A DNA stretch of 33,311 nt from an uncultured Gemmatimonadales bacterium (GCA_963779755.1 CAVZZO010000004.1:1-33311); one strand, 5' to 3'; counted from the first letter of the stretch, positions 17,809 to 27,933 are shown. Made by a program: numbers and translations. The notes: a model not told the origin generated them from the sequence alone.

Positions 17809-17961
17809 GGCCAAAGCTCATCGGCGGGAGGGCTTGCGGTCAAGTGAGGGGCGCCCTGTGACGCGGCCCACGGGGTCCGGGCGCGTTATCTTACACATTC
17901 CGGCAGGAGACCGGCCGCTCGGTTCTCCAGTCAGACATTCCCCGGCAGCCGGAGGTTGTTC

Positions 17962-18441
17962 ATGCCAGTCGCATTCGCTCTGCAGACCCAGGTCACCATG
18001 AACAACTGGGTCGGCGTCGCGATCGCCATCTCGCAAATCGTCATGGCCCTGACCTGCGTCATCGGCGGGGCGGTACTCGCCGTGGTCCTGGTCAAGGTCA
18101 TGGGCCAGGTGAACCGCCTCAGTTCGCTGGTGGATCAGGAGGTGACGCCGCTGCTCCGCAGTGCGCGGCAGATCGTGGGCGAAGGCCAGGCCCTGGCGGG
18201 CACCGTCCGGACCGAGGGTGAGGCGCTGGTACGCATGAGCCGGCGATTGCGGCGCCGGGTGCGGCGCGGCACCGACCGGGTGCAGGACCGGCTGGAAGAC
18301 CTGGAAACCCTCTACGATGTGGTCTACGAGGAGGTCGAGGGCGCCGCCCTGGACGGCGCCGCGGTCATCCGCAGCTTCCGCCGCGGCGCCACCTGGGCCT
18401 CCCGCCTGCGACGCGCCCTGCCCCGCCGGTTTCGCCGATGA
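17962..18441 (+). CDS. Hypothetical protein with one TM helix and a helical tail (DUF948-like)
   Basis: GGAGG 6 nt before ATG 17962; hydrophobic N-terminal segment followed by an amphipathic region; stop overlaps the next ATG. Confidence 0.7.
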   Translation: MPVAFALQTQVTMNNWVGVAIAISQIVMALTCVIGGAVLAVVLVKVMGQVNRLSSLVDQEVTPLLRSARQIVGEGQALAGTVRTEGEALVRMSRRLRRRVRRGTDRVQDRLEDLETLYDVVYEEVEGAALDGAAVIRSFRRGATWASRLRRALPRRFRR

Positions 18442-19355
18442 AGCTTCGGCACCTGCTGGCGGCCTTCGTGGCCGTCGGCCTGCTGCTGCTGCTGTACCCG
18501 GAGCAGGCCCACGCCTGGACGCCGGGCACCCACATCTTCCTGGGACAATCGGTACTGGACGTGGCCAGCCGGCTGCCGTCCAGCGTGGCCGACCTGATCC
18601 GGGCGTTCCCGTATGACTACCTCTACGGGACCATCTCGCCCGACGCCTCCTTCGCCAAGCGCTACGCGCCGCTGCACCGGCACAGCCACGCCTGGCATAT
18701 CGGGCAGGAGGTCTACGACCGGGCGGCGAGCGACGCGCTCCGCGCCTTCGGCCTGGGGTATCTCTCCCATCTCGCCGCCGACGTGGTGGCGCACAACTAC
18801 TTCGTGCCCCGGCAACTGGTGCTCACCAGCAGCACCCGCGGCTTCGGCCATTCCTACTGGGAGAGCCGGGCGGAGCACCCGCTGGGCCGGGACTACTCCC
18901 GCCGTGCCCGCGATCTGATCCTGATGGACCATGCCAGCGCGCACCAGCATCTCGATCGTATTATCAGTCCCACCATTTTCAGCGTGAAGACCAACCGCCG
19001 CCTCTTCCACGGCATGGTCCGCGCCACCGACACCCGCGCGTGGCACCAGGCGATGCGGAGCGCGCGCCAGGTAAGCCGGTACGAGCTGAGCAACGATGTG
19101 GTCTGGCGCCATATCGGGCTCTCCTTCGATTACATCATGGAGATGCTGGCCGATCCGGGCACCATCGTCCGCTCGCTCGACCCCAACGGCCACCAGCGTC
19201 TCAAGCAAGCCAAATCCCTGCGCCGGGAAGCCCTGCTGGAAGGCGCCTGGCGCGACCGGGAACAGCTGGAGGAGAAGGCGGAGCTGGAGTTCGGCCTGCC
19301 GCACCAGGAATTGCTGTACTGGCCCGACGTGGCGCAGAAGGTGCTGACGACCTGA
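18438..19355 (+). CDS. Zinc-dependent phospholipase C / S1-P1 nuclease-like exported protein
   Basis: Signal peptide ending AHA, then WTPGTH; G..SPD, GYLSHLAADVVAHN and GHSYWE zinc-ligand pattern. Confidence 0.85.
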   Translation: MKLRHLLAAFVAVGLLLLLYPEQAHAWTPGTHIFLGQSVLDVASRLPSSVADLIRAFPYDYLYGTISPDASFAKRYAPLHRHSHAWHIGQEVYDRAASDALRAFGLGYLSHLAADVVAHNYFVPRQLVLTSSTRGFGHSYWESRAEHPLGRDYSRRARDLILMDHASAHQHLDRIISPTIFSVKTNRRLFHGMVRATDTRAWHQAMRSARQVSRYELSNDVVWRHIGLSFDYIMEMLADPGTIVRSLDPNGHQRLKQAKSLRREALLEGAWRDREQLEEKAELEFGLPHQELLYWPDVAQKVLTT

Positions 19356-19364
19356 TCGCGCCAG

Positions 19365-19436
19365 ACCTCGACCCTCTCGACCTCCTCGACCACTCAGGCA
19401 GGTCGAGATGGCTGAGAGGGTCGAGGCGGTCGAGGT
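19365..19436. repeat. 9-nt-period (CTCGACC core) inverted array between convergent genes; possible bidirectional hairpin
   Basis: acctcgacc ctctcgacc tcctcgacc ... ggtcgagat ggctgagag ggtcgaggc ggtcgaggt. Confidence 0.8.
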
Positions 19437-19439
19437 TGC

Positions 19440-20861
19440 TTACGACCGCAGGCGGGCGGCCAGAATCGGCTGTACCGCCTTCGGATCGGCCTTACCGCGG
19501 CTCTTTTTCATCACCTGGCCCACGAAGAACCCCATCAGCTTCATCTCGCCACCCTTGAACCGCTCGACCTCGCCGGGGTTCTCCGCCAGCACCTGCTCCA
19601 CCCAGCCCGCCAGCGCGTCGCTGTCGCTCACCTGGATGAGCCCCAGCCGCTCGGCGAGCGCGCGCGGTGCGTCGCCGTTGCCGGCCATTTCTCCGAAGAC
19701 CCGCTTCGCGGCCTGGAGGCTCACCCCGCCTTCCTTCACCAGCGCGATGAGCGCGGCCAGCCGCGCCGCCTCCACCGGGAAGTCCCCTCCGGCGCGGTAG
19801 GCCGAGAGCACGTCCTGCAGCACCCAGCTACGGGCGGCATCGGCCTCGGCGCCGGCGCGTACCACGGACTCGAAATAGTCGGCCACCGCCCGCTCGGCCG
19901 TCAGCTCCTGGGCGTGGTACTCGCTCAGCCCGTAAGCGGCGGCGAACCGGCGGCGCCGGGCGTCTGGCAGCTCGGGGAGCGAGGTCTGCTGCTCCACGAT
20001 CCAGGCCGGCGTGAGCACCAGCGTCGGCAGGTCGGGGTCGGGGAAGTAGCGATAGTCGTGGCTCTCCTCTTTCGACCGCATGGGCCGGACCTCGCCGCCG
20101 GCCGCCTGGAAGAGCAGCGTCATCTGTTCCACCCGCCGGCCCGCCTCCAGCAGCCCCGCCTGGCGCTCGCGCTCGGCCTCCAGCGCGCGCTCCACGTTGG
20201 CGAAGCTGTTCATGTTCTTGACCTCCGTCTTGGTGCCCAGCGCCTCGGTTCCGGGCCGGCGGAGGGACAGATTCGCATCCACCCGCAGACTGCCCTTCTC
20301 CATGCTGCAATCGCTCACCCCGGCATAGACCAGGACTTGCCGCAGCGTCTGCAGGTAGGCGCGCGCCTCCGCCGGGCTCCGCAGGTCGGGGCCGCTCACG
20401 ATTTCGGCCAGCGGGGCGCCCGAGCGGTTCAGGTCCACCGCGGTCTTGCCGGGGAAACGATCGTGCAGCGACTTCCCCGCGTCCTCCTCCAGGTGCAGCC
20501 GGGTAATGGAGATGGTGATACGCCCCCGGTCGGGCGACTCGCACTCCAGCCGGCCTTCCGTGGCGAGCGGCTTGTCGAACTGGGAGATCTGATACCCCTT
20601 GGGCAGATCGGGGTAGAAGTAGTTCTTGCGGGCGAAGACGCTGCGGTCGTGCACGGTGCAGCCCAGCGCCAGCGCCGCCACGACCCCCAGCCGCACGGCC
20701 TCGGCATTGGGCACGGGAAGCGCGCCGGGCAGCCCCAGGCACACCGGGCACACCAGCGTGTTGGGCGGATCGCCGAAGCGGTTGGCGCAGCCGCAGAACA
20801 TCTTGCTCCGGGTGCCCAGCTGGACGTGCACCTCGAGACCGATGACCGTTTCCCAGCTCAT
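19440..20861 (-). CDS. gatB: Asp/Glu-tRNA amidotransferase subunit B
   Basis: IGLEVHVQL, RKNYFYPDLPKGYQISQ, HLEEDAGKS, DYRYFPDPDLP and FFVGQVMK motifs. Confidence 0.98.
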   Translation of the reverse strand: MSWETVIGLEVHVQLGTRSKMFCGCANRFGDPPNTLVCPVCLGLPGALPVPNAEAVRLGVVAALALGCTVHDRSVFARKNYFYPDLPKGYQISQFDKPLATEGRLECESPDRGRITISITRLHLEEDAGKSLHDRFPGKTAVDLNRSGAPLAEIVSGPDLRSPAEARAYLQTLRQVLVYAGVSDCSMEKGSLRVDANLSLRRPGTEALGTKTEVKNMNSFANVERALEAERERQAGLLEAGRRVEQMTLLFQAAGGEVRPMRSKEESHDYRYFPDPDLPTLVLTPAWIVEQQTSLPELPDARRRRFAAAYGLSEYHAQELTAERAVADYFESVVRAGAEADAARSWVLQDVLSAYRAGGDFPVEAARLAALIALVKEGGVSLQAAKRVFGEMAGNGDAPRALAERLGLIQVSDSDALAGWVEQVLAENPGEVERFKGGEMKLMGFFVGQVMKKSRGKADPKAVQPILAARLRS

Positions 20862-22309
20862 CAGCGCACCTCGCCGGTGGCGGAAATGACCCGTTCCAGC
20901 GCGCCGGCCACGCTGAGCAGCCGCGCCTCTTCAAAGGCGGGGCCGATGAGCTGGGCACCCACCGGCAGCCCCTGGTCGCGGCCGGCCGGCAGGCTCAGCG
21001 CCGGCAGGCCGGCCAGGCTCACCGCCGAGACGAAGATGTCCGCCAGGTACATCGAAACCGGATCGGTGGTCTTCTCGCCGGCACGGAAGGCGGTGGTCGG
21101 GGTGGTCGGGGTGAGAAGGAAATCCACCCGGCCGGGCACCAGCAGCTGCTGGAAATCGCGGGCAATGAGGGCGCGAACCCGCTGAGCCCGCCGGTAGTAG
21201 GCGTCGTAGTAGCCGGCGCTCAGGACGTAGGTCCCGATCATGATGCGCCGGCGCACCTCCGCCCCGAACCCCCGGCCGCGCGTGGCCCGGTACAGCGCCC
21301 GGACATCGCCGCCCTCGGGCTCGACGCGCGCGCCGTAGCGCACCCCGTCGTAGCGCGCCAGATTGGCCGCCGCTTCCGCCGGCGCCAGCACGTAGTACGT
21401 CGGCACGGCGAACCGGGTGTGCGGCAACGAGACCTCCTGCACGGTGGCGCCCAGCTCGCGCACGGCGGCGATGGTGCGGGCCATGGCCGCGCGCACCCCG
21501 GCGTCCAGATCGGGCGGGAAGTACTCGCGCGGCAGTCCCAGGGTGAGCCCCCGCAGATCGTTGAGCGGGGGCACCGGTTCCATCGGCGGCCGGTCGAGGG
21601 TGGTCGCCTCGCGCGGGTCCTCGCCGCTGATCACGGCCAGCACCCGCCCCGCATCGTCCACCGTGCGGCCGAAGACCGACACGCAATCGAGCGACGAGCC
21701 GAATGCCACCAGGCCGTAGCGGCTCACGCGCCCGTAGCTCGGCTTCACACCCACCACGCCGCAGAAGCTGGCCGGCTGCCGCACCGAGCCGCCCGTCTCC
21801 GACCCCAGCGCGGCCGGCACGGCACCGCTCGCCACCAGCGCCGCCGAGCCGCCCGAGCTGCCCCCCGGCACCCGGTCGGGATCGAGCGGGTGTTTGACCC
21901 GCCCGAATGCCGAGTGCTCGGTGGATGACCCCATGGCGAACTCGTCCAGGTTGGTCTTGGCAGCAATGAGGGCACCGGCCTCGCGCAGCCGGCGGACCAC
22001 CGTTGCATCGTAGGGCGAGACATAGCCGTCGAGGATGCGCGACGCGCAGGTGGTGGGCGCATCGGTGGTCACGAGGTTGTCCTTGACGGCCACCGGCACT
22101 CCGGCCAACGGGAGGTTGGACCGGGCCGCCGGTTCACTCCCGTCGACCCATGCGGCCTGGGTTCGCAGCAGCTGCTCCGACCAGTACAGGCTGGCATTGA
22201 GGCCGCGGGCATCGGCCTCCGCCAGCCGGGCGGCGCAGGCCCCGGCCCGGGCGGCGGCGGTGTCCTTCCCGCTGCCGACGGCGGCGGCGATAGCGGCGAC
22301 GCCGGTCAT
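20861..22309 (-). CDS. gatA: Asp/Glu-tRNA amidotransferase subunit A
   Basis: KTNLDEFAMGSSTE, PGGSSGGSAA, LGSETGGSVRQPA and RIMIGTYVLSAGYYDAYY motifs. Confidence 0.97.
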   Translation of the reverse strand: MTGVAAIAAAVGSGKDTAAARAGACAARLAEADARGLNASLYWSEQLLRTQAAWVDGSEPAARSNLPLAGVPVAVKDNLVTTDAPTTCASRILDGYVSPYDATVVRRLREAGALIAAKTNLDEFAMGSSTEHSAFGRVKHPLDPDRVPGGSSGGSAALVASGAVPAALGSETGGSVRQPASFCGVVGVKPSYGRVSRYGLVAFGSSLDCVSVFGRTVDDAGRVLAVISGEDPREATTLDRPPMEPVPPLNDLRGLTLGLPREYFPPDLDAGVRAAMARTIAAVRELGATVQEVSLPHTRFAVPTYYVLAPAEAAANLARYDGVRYGARVEPEGGDVRALYRATRGRGFGAEVRRRIMIGTYVLSAGYYDAYYRRAQRVRALIARDFQQLLVPGRVDFLLTPTTPTTAFRAGEKTTDPVSMYLADIFVSAVSLAGLPALSLPAGRDQGLPVGAQLIGPAFEEARLLSVAGALERVISATGEVR

Positions 22310-22602
22310 TCTTCCTCCATGGCGCCGAGTCGCGGCACGACAAAGAACCCCTCGCGGAACTCCGGTGCCATCTCCCCGGGGCCGCGGGCCAGCGGCTCCG
22401 GCGCGACCACGTCAGGCCGCAGCTTCAGCGACTGCGGCCCGGGCCGGAAGGGGGGTTCGTCTCCCGATTCGACCTGTTCCAGCTCGGCCACGAAGTCCAC
22501 GATGCGGTTGAGCTGGTCGACCAGGGCCGGCAACTCCTCTTCAGTGACGCCCAGCTCGGCCAGATGGGCCACGTGCAGTACTTCCTCGCGCCCGATGCTC
22601 AT
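22306..22602 (-). CDS. gatC: Asp/Glu-tRNA amidotransferase subunit C
   Basis: EEVLHVAHLAEL, LRPD and GFFVVPR motifs; directly upstream of gatA. Confidence 0.93.
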   Translation of the reverse strand: MSIGREEVLHVAHLAELGVTEEELPALVDQLNRIVDFVAELEQVESGDEPPFRPGPQSLKLRPDVVAPEPLARGPGEMAPEFREGFFVVPRLGAMEEE

Positions 22603-24884
22603 GCACCCTCCCAGTCGCGCTCGAGGCCGGCATAGGCCACGAGCAGCTGTTTGACTCCGTGTTCCTCATCGTCGAATGCCACCCGCACCTTGAGATCGCG
22701 GCCGGCGCCGGTAAGGCCCTGAATGGTACCGCTGCCGAAGCGGCGGTGCCGGACGCGCTCGCCCTTGACGAAGCGGGGCGTATCCTGGGAGACCTCCTCG
22801 GGCGGGAGGGCGGGCGGACGGGACGGCGGGAGAAAGTCGTCCGCGTCCCAGGCGCCGCTCCAGCGGGAGCGCCCGCCGGCGTACCGGCTGCCGGACCCGC
22901 GGCCCGACAGCGAGAACGAGAGCGCGGTCTTCTTTTCCTCCACCACGCCGGGCGGCAGCGACTGCAGGAAGCGCGATTGCCGGCCCGGCCGGACCTCCCC
23001 GCCCCGCCGCCGGGTGCGGGCCCAGGTGAGGTAGAGCTTGTCGCGCGACCGGGTAATGCCCACGTAGCAGAGCCGTCGTTCTTCCTCTTCGCCCTCCGGC
23101 TGCTCGATCGAGCGGGCCAGCGGGAAGAGCCCGTCTTCCATGCCCGCCATGGCCACCACGGGCCACTCCAGCCCCTTGGCGGTATGCAGGGTCATGAGCG
23201 TGACGCCGCCCGCATCGCCGCTTACGGTATCGGGGGCGGCCACCAGCGCCGCCTCGGCCAGGAACCGCTCCAGTGGAGTCGAAGTCTCTTCCGGGTCGGC
23301 GGTAATGACCTCCGACCAGTCGGCGGCGGCGGCGACCAGCTCGCGGACGTTCTCCCAGCGCTCGGCGCCCTCGGGACCCTCGGCCATGAGCACGTCTTCG
23401 AAGGCGATGGCGTCGATCACGTGCTGCAGCACCAGCGCCGGGGCCAGGACGGCCGATTCCTCCCGCAGGCGGCCCAGCAGCTGGGCGAACTCGGTCAGGG
23501 CGCGCCGCACCCCGGGCCGCAAGCCGCTGATCCGCTCGGCCATGGCGGCGGTTTCCAGCAGCGGCTTGCCCCACTGGGCCGAGGCTTCGGCGAGGGTGCG
23601 CAGACTGGTCTCGCCCAGGCCGCGGCGCGGCACGGCGACCGCGCGGAAGAAGGCTTCATCGTCGGCCGGGTTGGCCACCAGCCGCAGGTAGGCCATCAGA
23701 TCCTTGACCTCGCGCCGCTCGTAGAAGCTGATCGCCCCGATGATGCGATAGGGAATGCCGGCGCGGCGGAACGCCTCTTCCAGCGCACGCGACTGGCTGT
23801 TGGTGCGGTAGAGCACCGCCATGTCGTGGTATTCCCAGTCGCCCTGGCTGCGGCGGGTGGAGAGCTCGCGGGTGAGCCAGTCGGCTTCGTCGCGCTCGTC
23901 GGCGCAGCCCACCAGCGTGACCGATTCCCCGCCCTGCCGCCGGGTGTGCAGGGTCTTGCCCAGGCGGCTGGTATTCTCCGCGATGACCCCGTTGGCTGCA
24001 TCGAGGATGACCTGGGTGGAACGATAGTTCTCTTCCAGCCGGACCACATGCACCGGCTCGAAGTCGCGCTGGAAGTCGCGCATGTTGCCGACGTTGGCGC
24101 CCCGCCAGCCGTAGATGGACTGATCGTCGTCGCCCACCGCGCAGACGTTGCCGTGCGCGCCCATCTGCCGCACCAGCTGGTACTGCGCGATGTTGGTATC
24201 CTGGAACTCGTCCACCAGCAGAAAGCTGAACCGCTCGCGCCAGGCGGCCAGCCGGTCGGGCCGCTCGCGGAAGAGCCGGAGCGGATGCAGCAGCAGGTCG
24301 TCGAAATCCATGGCGTTGGCCGACTGCAGCGCCGGCCCCAGCGCGCTGTAGACATCGGCGGCCACCTGGGCCAGCCGGTCCCAGGAGGATTGCCGCGCCA
24401 GGTCGTCCGGCGTGGTCATCCGGTTCTTGGCGCTGGAGATGATGGACTGGACCGCCCGCGGGGTGAACTGTTTGGTGGAGTGGCCGCGCTGGTCCATCAG
24501 CCGTTTGATGAGGGCGAGCTGGTCGTCCTGGTCGTAGATCGTAAAGCCGCGGGTAAACCCCAGCGCCTCGGCCTCGCGGCGGAGGATGCGGGCCGAGAGC
24601 GCGTGGAAAGTCCCGATCCACAGGCCGCCGGGGTCGCGCCCCAGCAGGCGCCCGACCCGGCCTTTCATCTCTCCCGCCGCCTTGTTGGTGAAGGTGACGG
24701 CAAAGATGCGCGCGGCGGGCACGCCCAGGTCTTCGATCAGGTGGGCGATGCGGACGGTGAGCACGCGGGTCTTCCCCGAGCCGGCGCCGGCCAGCACCAG
24801 AATGGGGCCATGCACGTGTTCTGCCGCTTCGCGCTGGGCGGGATTGAGACTGTCGAGCAGCGTAGCAGGCACGTCAAACCTCAC
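22599..24884 (-). CDS. pcrA: UvrD/PcrA SF1 DNA helicase
   Basis: LAGAGSGKT, TFTNKAA, VDEFQDTN, VGDDDQSIYGWRGA, LEENYRS, TLHTAKGLE and EERRLCYVGITR motifs, plus a C-terminal Tudor-like RVRHRRFG. Confidence 0.95.
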   Translation of the reverse strand: MRFDVPATLLDSLNPAQREAAEHVHGPILVLAGAGSGKTRVLTVRIAHLIEDLGVPAARIFAVTFTNKAAGEMKGRVGRLLGRDPGGLWIGTFHALSARILRREAEALGFTRGFTIYDQDDQLALIKRLMDQRGHSTKQFTPRAVQSIISSAKNRMTTPDDLARQSSWDRLAQVAADVYSALGPALQSANAMDFDDLLLHPLRLFRERPDRLAAWRERFSFLLVDEFQDTNIAQYQLVRQMGAHGNVCAVGDDDQSIYGWRGANVGNMRDFQRDFEPVHVVRLEENYRSTQVILDAANGVIAENTSRLGKTLHTRRQGGESVTLVGCADERDEADWLTRELSTRRSQGDWEYHDMAVLYRTNSQSRALEEAFRRAGIPYRIIGAISFYERREVKDLMAYLRLVANPADDEAFFRAVAVPRRGLGETSLRTLAEASAQWGKPLLETAAMAERISGLRPGVRRALTEFAQLLGRLREESAVLAPALVLQHVIDAIAFEDVLMAEGPEGAERWENVRELVAAAADWSEVITADPEETSTPLERFLAEAALVAAPDTVSGDAGGVTLMTLHTAKGLEWPVVAMAGMEDGLFPLARSIEQPEGEEEERRLCYVGITRSRDKLYLTWARTRRRGGEVRPGRQSRFLQSLPPGVVEEKKTALSFSLSGRGSGSRYAGGRSRWSGAWDADDFLPPSRPPALPPEEVSQDTPRFVKGERVRHRRFGSGTIQGLTGAGRDLKVRVAFDDEEHGVKQLLVAYAGLERDWEGA

Positions 24885-26031
24885 AGAGCGGCAGCCGGAT
24901 CAGAAAACTGGCGCCGGTCTCGGTCGCTTCAAGCATCAATTCTCCGCGATGAAAGTCCTCAATAACCCGGCGGCTCAGGGCCAGTCCGATACCCCAGCCG
25001 CCGGTCTTGGTCGTAATACCGGGCTCGAACAGGGTCCGGCGGATCTCCCGGCTTACGCCGGGGCCGTTGTCGCGCACCCGCAGCTCGGCGCGATCATCCC
25101 GGCGGGTGGCGCTGATGGTAATGGCGCCGCTCCGCCCCCGCAGCGCGTCGATGGCGTTCTTCACCAGATTTTCCAGCGCCCATTCCAGCAGCACCGGATC
25201 GCCCAGCACCCCGGGCCCGGTGCCGGCGGCGTCCACCCGCAGCTCGATCTGATTGGCATGCCGCGGCAGGCGGGGCCGGAAATACTCCGCCACCTTGGCG
25301 GCGAGCGCGCCCAGCTGTACCGGGTCGCGCCGGGCGGGGTGGCCGATGCGCTCGAACCGCTGTGCCACCCGCTCCAGCCGCTCGGCGTCGGAGGCGAGGT
25401 GATCCGCCAGATTGGGCGGCGGACTCTCGCGGGAGCGGATCTGCTCCACCCATCCCTGCAGACTGGTGAGCGGGGTGCCCAGCTGGTGCGCCGCCTCGCG
25501 CGCCATGCCGGCCCAGAGCCGGTCGCGCTGCGCCGCCATGGCGCTCTGCCAGGCCAGCGCGCCGACCCCCAGCATCACGAGCACGGTGAGGCCCTGAAGC
25601 ACCGTCAGCGTGATCAGCTGGCGTTTGGCGGGCAGGGTGCCGTAGTGCACCGTCCCGATGGACGGCTCGACCAGCGGCGCGTTGATCCGGTCGAGCGACA
25701 GCGCATAGGCCCTGACGCGGGGATCGTCCAGCTCGCTCTTGAACGGGAGGTTGTCCGCGGCGGTCACCTGCCCCGAGTCGTTGGTCACCACCACCGGGAT
25801 GCCGATTCGCTGGACCTGGCGGCCGATGTCGATCAGCGCGTCCACCTCGGCGCCGGGCTGGGGGTTGTTGAGGGCCGCGAACACGCCGGAGAACAGCCGG
25901 CCCACCGACGCGGCCTCCTGCCGGAAATGCCGCACCATGATCACGCCGGAGGCCACGCTCAGCCCCGCCAGCAGAGCCACCAGGAGCACCACCAACACCG
26001 GTGCCCAGCGGCGAATCAGGTCCCTACGCAC
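24874..26031 (-). CDS. Membrane sensor histidine kinase (no adjacent response regulator)
   Basis: Two TM segments; H-box EAAHQLGTPL, N-box ENLVKNAIDA, G1 DNGPG and G2 GWGIGL. GTG at 26031 overlaps the serS end. Confidence 0.92.
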   Translation of the reverse strand: MRRDLIRRWAPVLVVLLVALLAGLSVASGVIMVRHFRQEAASVGRLFSGVFAALNNPQPGAEVDALIDIGRQVQRIGIPVVVTNDSGQVTAADNLPFKSELDDPRVRAYALSLDRINAPLVEPSIGTVHYGTLPAKRQLITLTVLQGLTVLVMLGVGALAWQSAMAAQRDRLWAGMAREAAHQLGTPLTSLQGWVEQIRSRESPPPNLADHLASDAERLERVAQRFERIGHPARRDPVQLGALAAKVAEYFRPRLPRHANQIELRVDAAGTGPGVLGDPVLLEWALENLVKNAIDALRGRSGAITISATRRDDRAELRVRDNGPGVSREIRRTLFEPGITTKTGGWGIGLALSRRVIEDFHRGELMLEATETGASFLIRLPLCEV

Positions 26032-27307
26032 CGGGGGTGAGGCGCTCGACACCCACGTAGGGCCGGAGCGCCTCCGGCAACAGGACGGAGCCGTCGGCGG
26101 CCTGGCCGTTCTCCAGCAGCGCGATGAGCGTGCGCGGCAGGGCCAGGCCGGAGGCATTCAGCGTGTGGACGAACTCGGGCTTCGCGCCCGGGGCCGGCCG
26201 GAAGCGGATATTGCCGCGCCGGGCCTGGAAATCGGTGAACGTGCTGGCGCTGGAGACCTCGAGCCAGGTGCCCACGCCCGGCGCCCAGACTTCGAGGTCA
26301 TAGGTGGCCGCCGACGCAAACCCGGTATCGCCCGCGGCCAGCAGCAGCACGCGGTAAGGCAGCCCCAGCCGCTGCAGTACGGCCTCGGCATGGCCGGTGA
26401 GCCGCTGGTGCTCGGCCGGCGATTCCTCCGGCCGCACCAGCCGGACCAACTCCACCTTGTCGAACTGATGGACCCGGATGAGCCCCCGGGTATCCTTGCC
26501 GTGCGCGCCCGCTTCGCGCCGGAAACAGGGCGTGTACGCGGTATAGGCGACCGGCAGCCGGTCGCCGTCGAGAATCTCGTCCCGGTGCAGGTTGGTGAGC
26601 GGCACTTCGGCCGTCGGGATGAGATAAAGCCCGTCGGCCGGGACGGTATAGAGCTCCTCGGCGAATTTGGGGAGCTGCCCCGTGGCGGTCATGGTGGCCT
26701 GGTTCACCAGAAAGGGTGGCGCCACCTCGGTATAGCCGTGCTCCCGGGTGTGGAGGTCGAGCATGAAGTTGATGAGCCCGCGTGCCAGCCGGGCGCCCAA
26801 CCCGGTGAGGACGGGGAACCCGGAGCCCGCCAGCCGGGCGCCCCGGGGCAGATCGAGAATGCCCAGGGCGGTGCCCAGCTCCCAGTGGGGTTGCGCCACG
26901 AAATCGAACGCAGGAGGCTCGCCCCAGGCGCGCACCACGCGATTGGCGGCGGCATCGCCGTCGGGCACCTCCGGCAGCGGAAGATTGGGGATCCCCAGCA
27001 GCAACCCTTCCAGCTCGGCATCCAGATCGCGCAGCCTGGCGTCCTGGGCTTTCACCGCCTCGCCCGAGCGCTTCAGCGTCGCCAGCAGGTCGTCGGCGGG
27101 CTCGCCGCTGCGCTTGCGGCGCGCCACTTCCTCGCTGGCCGCGTTGCGCTCGGCCTTCCGGGCCTCGGTCTCCACCAGCAGCTCGCGCCGGGCCCGATCG
27201 AGATCAAGAATGCGATCGAGCGCGGCCTCCAGCGACGGATCGGCCCGGCGCAGCAGCGCCGCCCGGAACCCGGCCGGATCCTGACGCAGGCGTTTGACGT
27301 CAATCAC
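26024..27307 (-). CDS. serS: Serine--tRNA ligase
   Basis: GQLPKF, LIPTAEVPL, CFRREAG, GLIRVHQFDKVE, EVSSAS and HTLNASGLALPR motifs. Confidence 0.98.
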   Translation of the reverse strand: MIDVKRLRQDPAGFRAALLRRADPSLEAALDRILDLDRARRELLVETEARKAERNAASEEVARRKRSGEPADDLLATLKRSGEAVKAQDARLRDLDAELEGLLLGIPNLPLPEVPDGDAAANRVVRAWGEPPAFDFVAQPHWELGTALGILDLPRGARLAGSGFPVLTGLGARLARGLINFMLDLHTREHGYTEVAPPFLVNQATMTATGQLPKFAEELYTVPADGLYLIPTAEVPLTNLHRDEILDGDRLPVAYTAYTPCFRREAGAHGKDTRGLIRVHQFDKVELVRLVRPEESPAEHQRLTGHAEAVLQRLGLPYRVLLLAAGDTGFASAATYDLEVWAPGVGTWLEVSSASTFTDFQARRGNIRFRPAPGAKPEFVHTLNASGLALPRTLIALLENGQAADGSVLLPEALRPYVGVERLTPGA

Positions 27308-27316
27308 GGGATGGGG

Positions 27317-27880
27317 TTACTCCGAAGGAAGGCCCGGTTCGAGCCCGCGATAGCCGCAGTTGTTATCGGACAGGTTCTGGAACTGAATGGTCCGCGCCGT
27401 GAAATCGATATTGAGCACCTCGATCTTGGCATACTCGGGCACCGACCCGCATACCAGGCGCGAGCGGACGAAATACACCTGGCCCACGGTGGCGGTCACC
27501 GTGTCGTCGGTGATATAGCCGTTGCTCTCGGCCAGGGTCACCTCGGCGAAGCTCTTGGGCGTCGGCAACAGTCCCGGCTTGAAGGTGAGCGAGCCCAGCA
27601 CGTTCAGCGCGGCCAGCGGCACGAAGATGGCGCGGGGGGCGTTGTTCACCGAGTCGATATCGAAGACGAACTCGAACTGGGAGGTCTGATCGGTCCGGAC
27701 CGCGTGGTCGATCACCGAATAGGCGCTGGGCGCCTGGACCGGTGTCCCGTGCAGCGCCGAGAGCGTCAGGGTGTCCACGATGTTGGAGAGCGTCGGCGGC
27801 GCCAGGATGTTGTTGTTGCAGGACAGCACGCCTGCGGCCAGGGCCAGCAGGGCCGAACCACGGAGTAGGATGCGGGGCAT
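27317..27880 (-). CDS. Hypothetical lipoprotein
   Basis: ATG at 27880, signal peptide with lipobox VLS-C, beta-rich mature region and coding-like codon use. Confidence 0.78.
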   Translation of the reverse strand: MPRILLRGSALLALAAGVLSCNNNILAPPTLSNIVDTLTLSALHGTPVQAPSAYSVIDHAVRTDQTSQFEFVFDIDSVNNAPRAIFVPLAALNVLGSLTFKPGLLPTPKSFAEVTLAESNGYITDDTVTATVGQVYFVRSRLVCGSVPEYAKIEVLNIDFTARTIQFQNLSDNNCGYRGLEPGLPSE

Positions 27881-27890
27881 AGTGAGCGGA

Positions 27891-27919
27891 AGGTTAGTGG
27901 CCGCGCGGAAGTGGGTCAA
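27891..27919 (-). promoter_or_regulatory. Sigma70-type promoter for the lipoprotein-serS-HK-pcrA-gatCAB run
   Basis: TTGACC (27919-27914), 17-nt spacer, TAACCT (27896-27891). Confidence 0.65.
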
Positions 27920-27933
27920 CCCACCGTCATTGC

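Noticed and set aside
17814..17892. Divergent promoters for murA and the DUF948-like gene
   Set aside because: Only half-sites are convincing (TTGACC on minus, TATCTT on plus), so they are not called.
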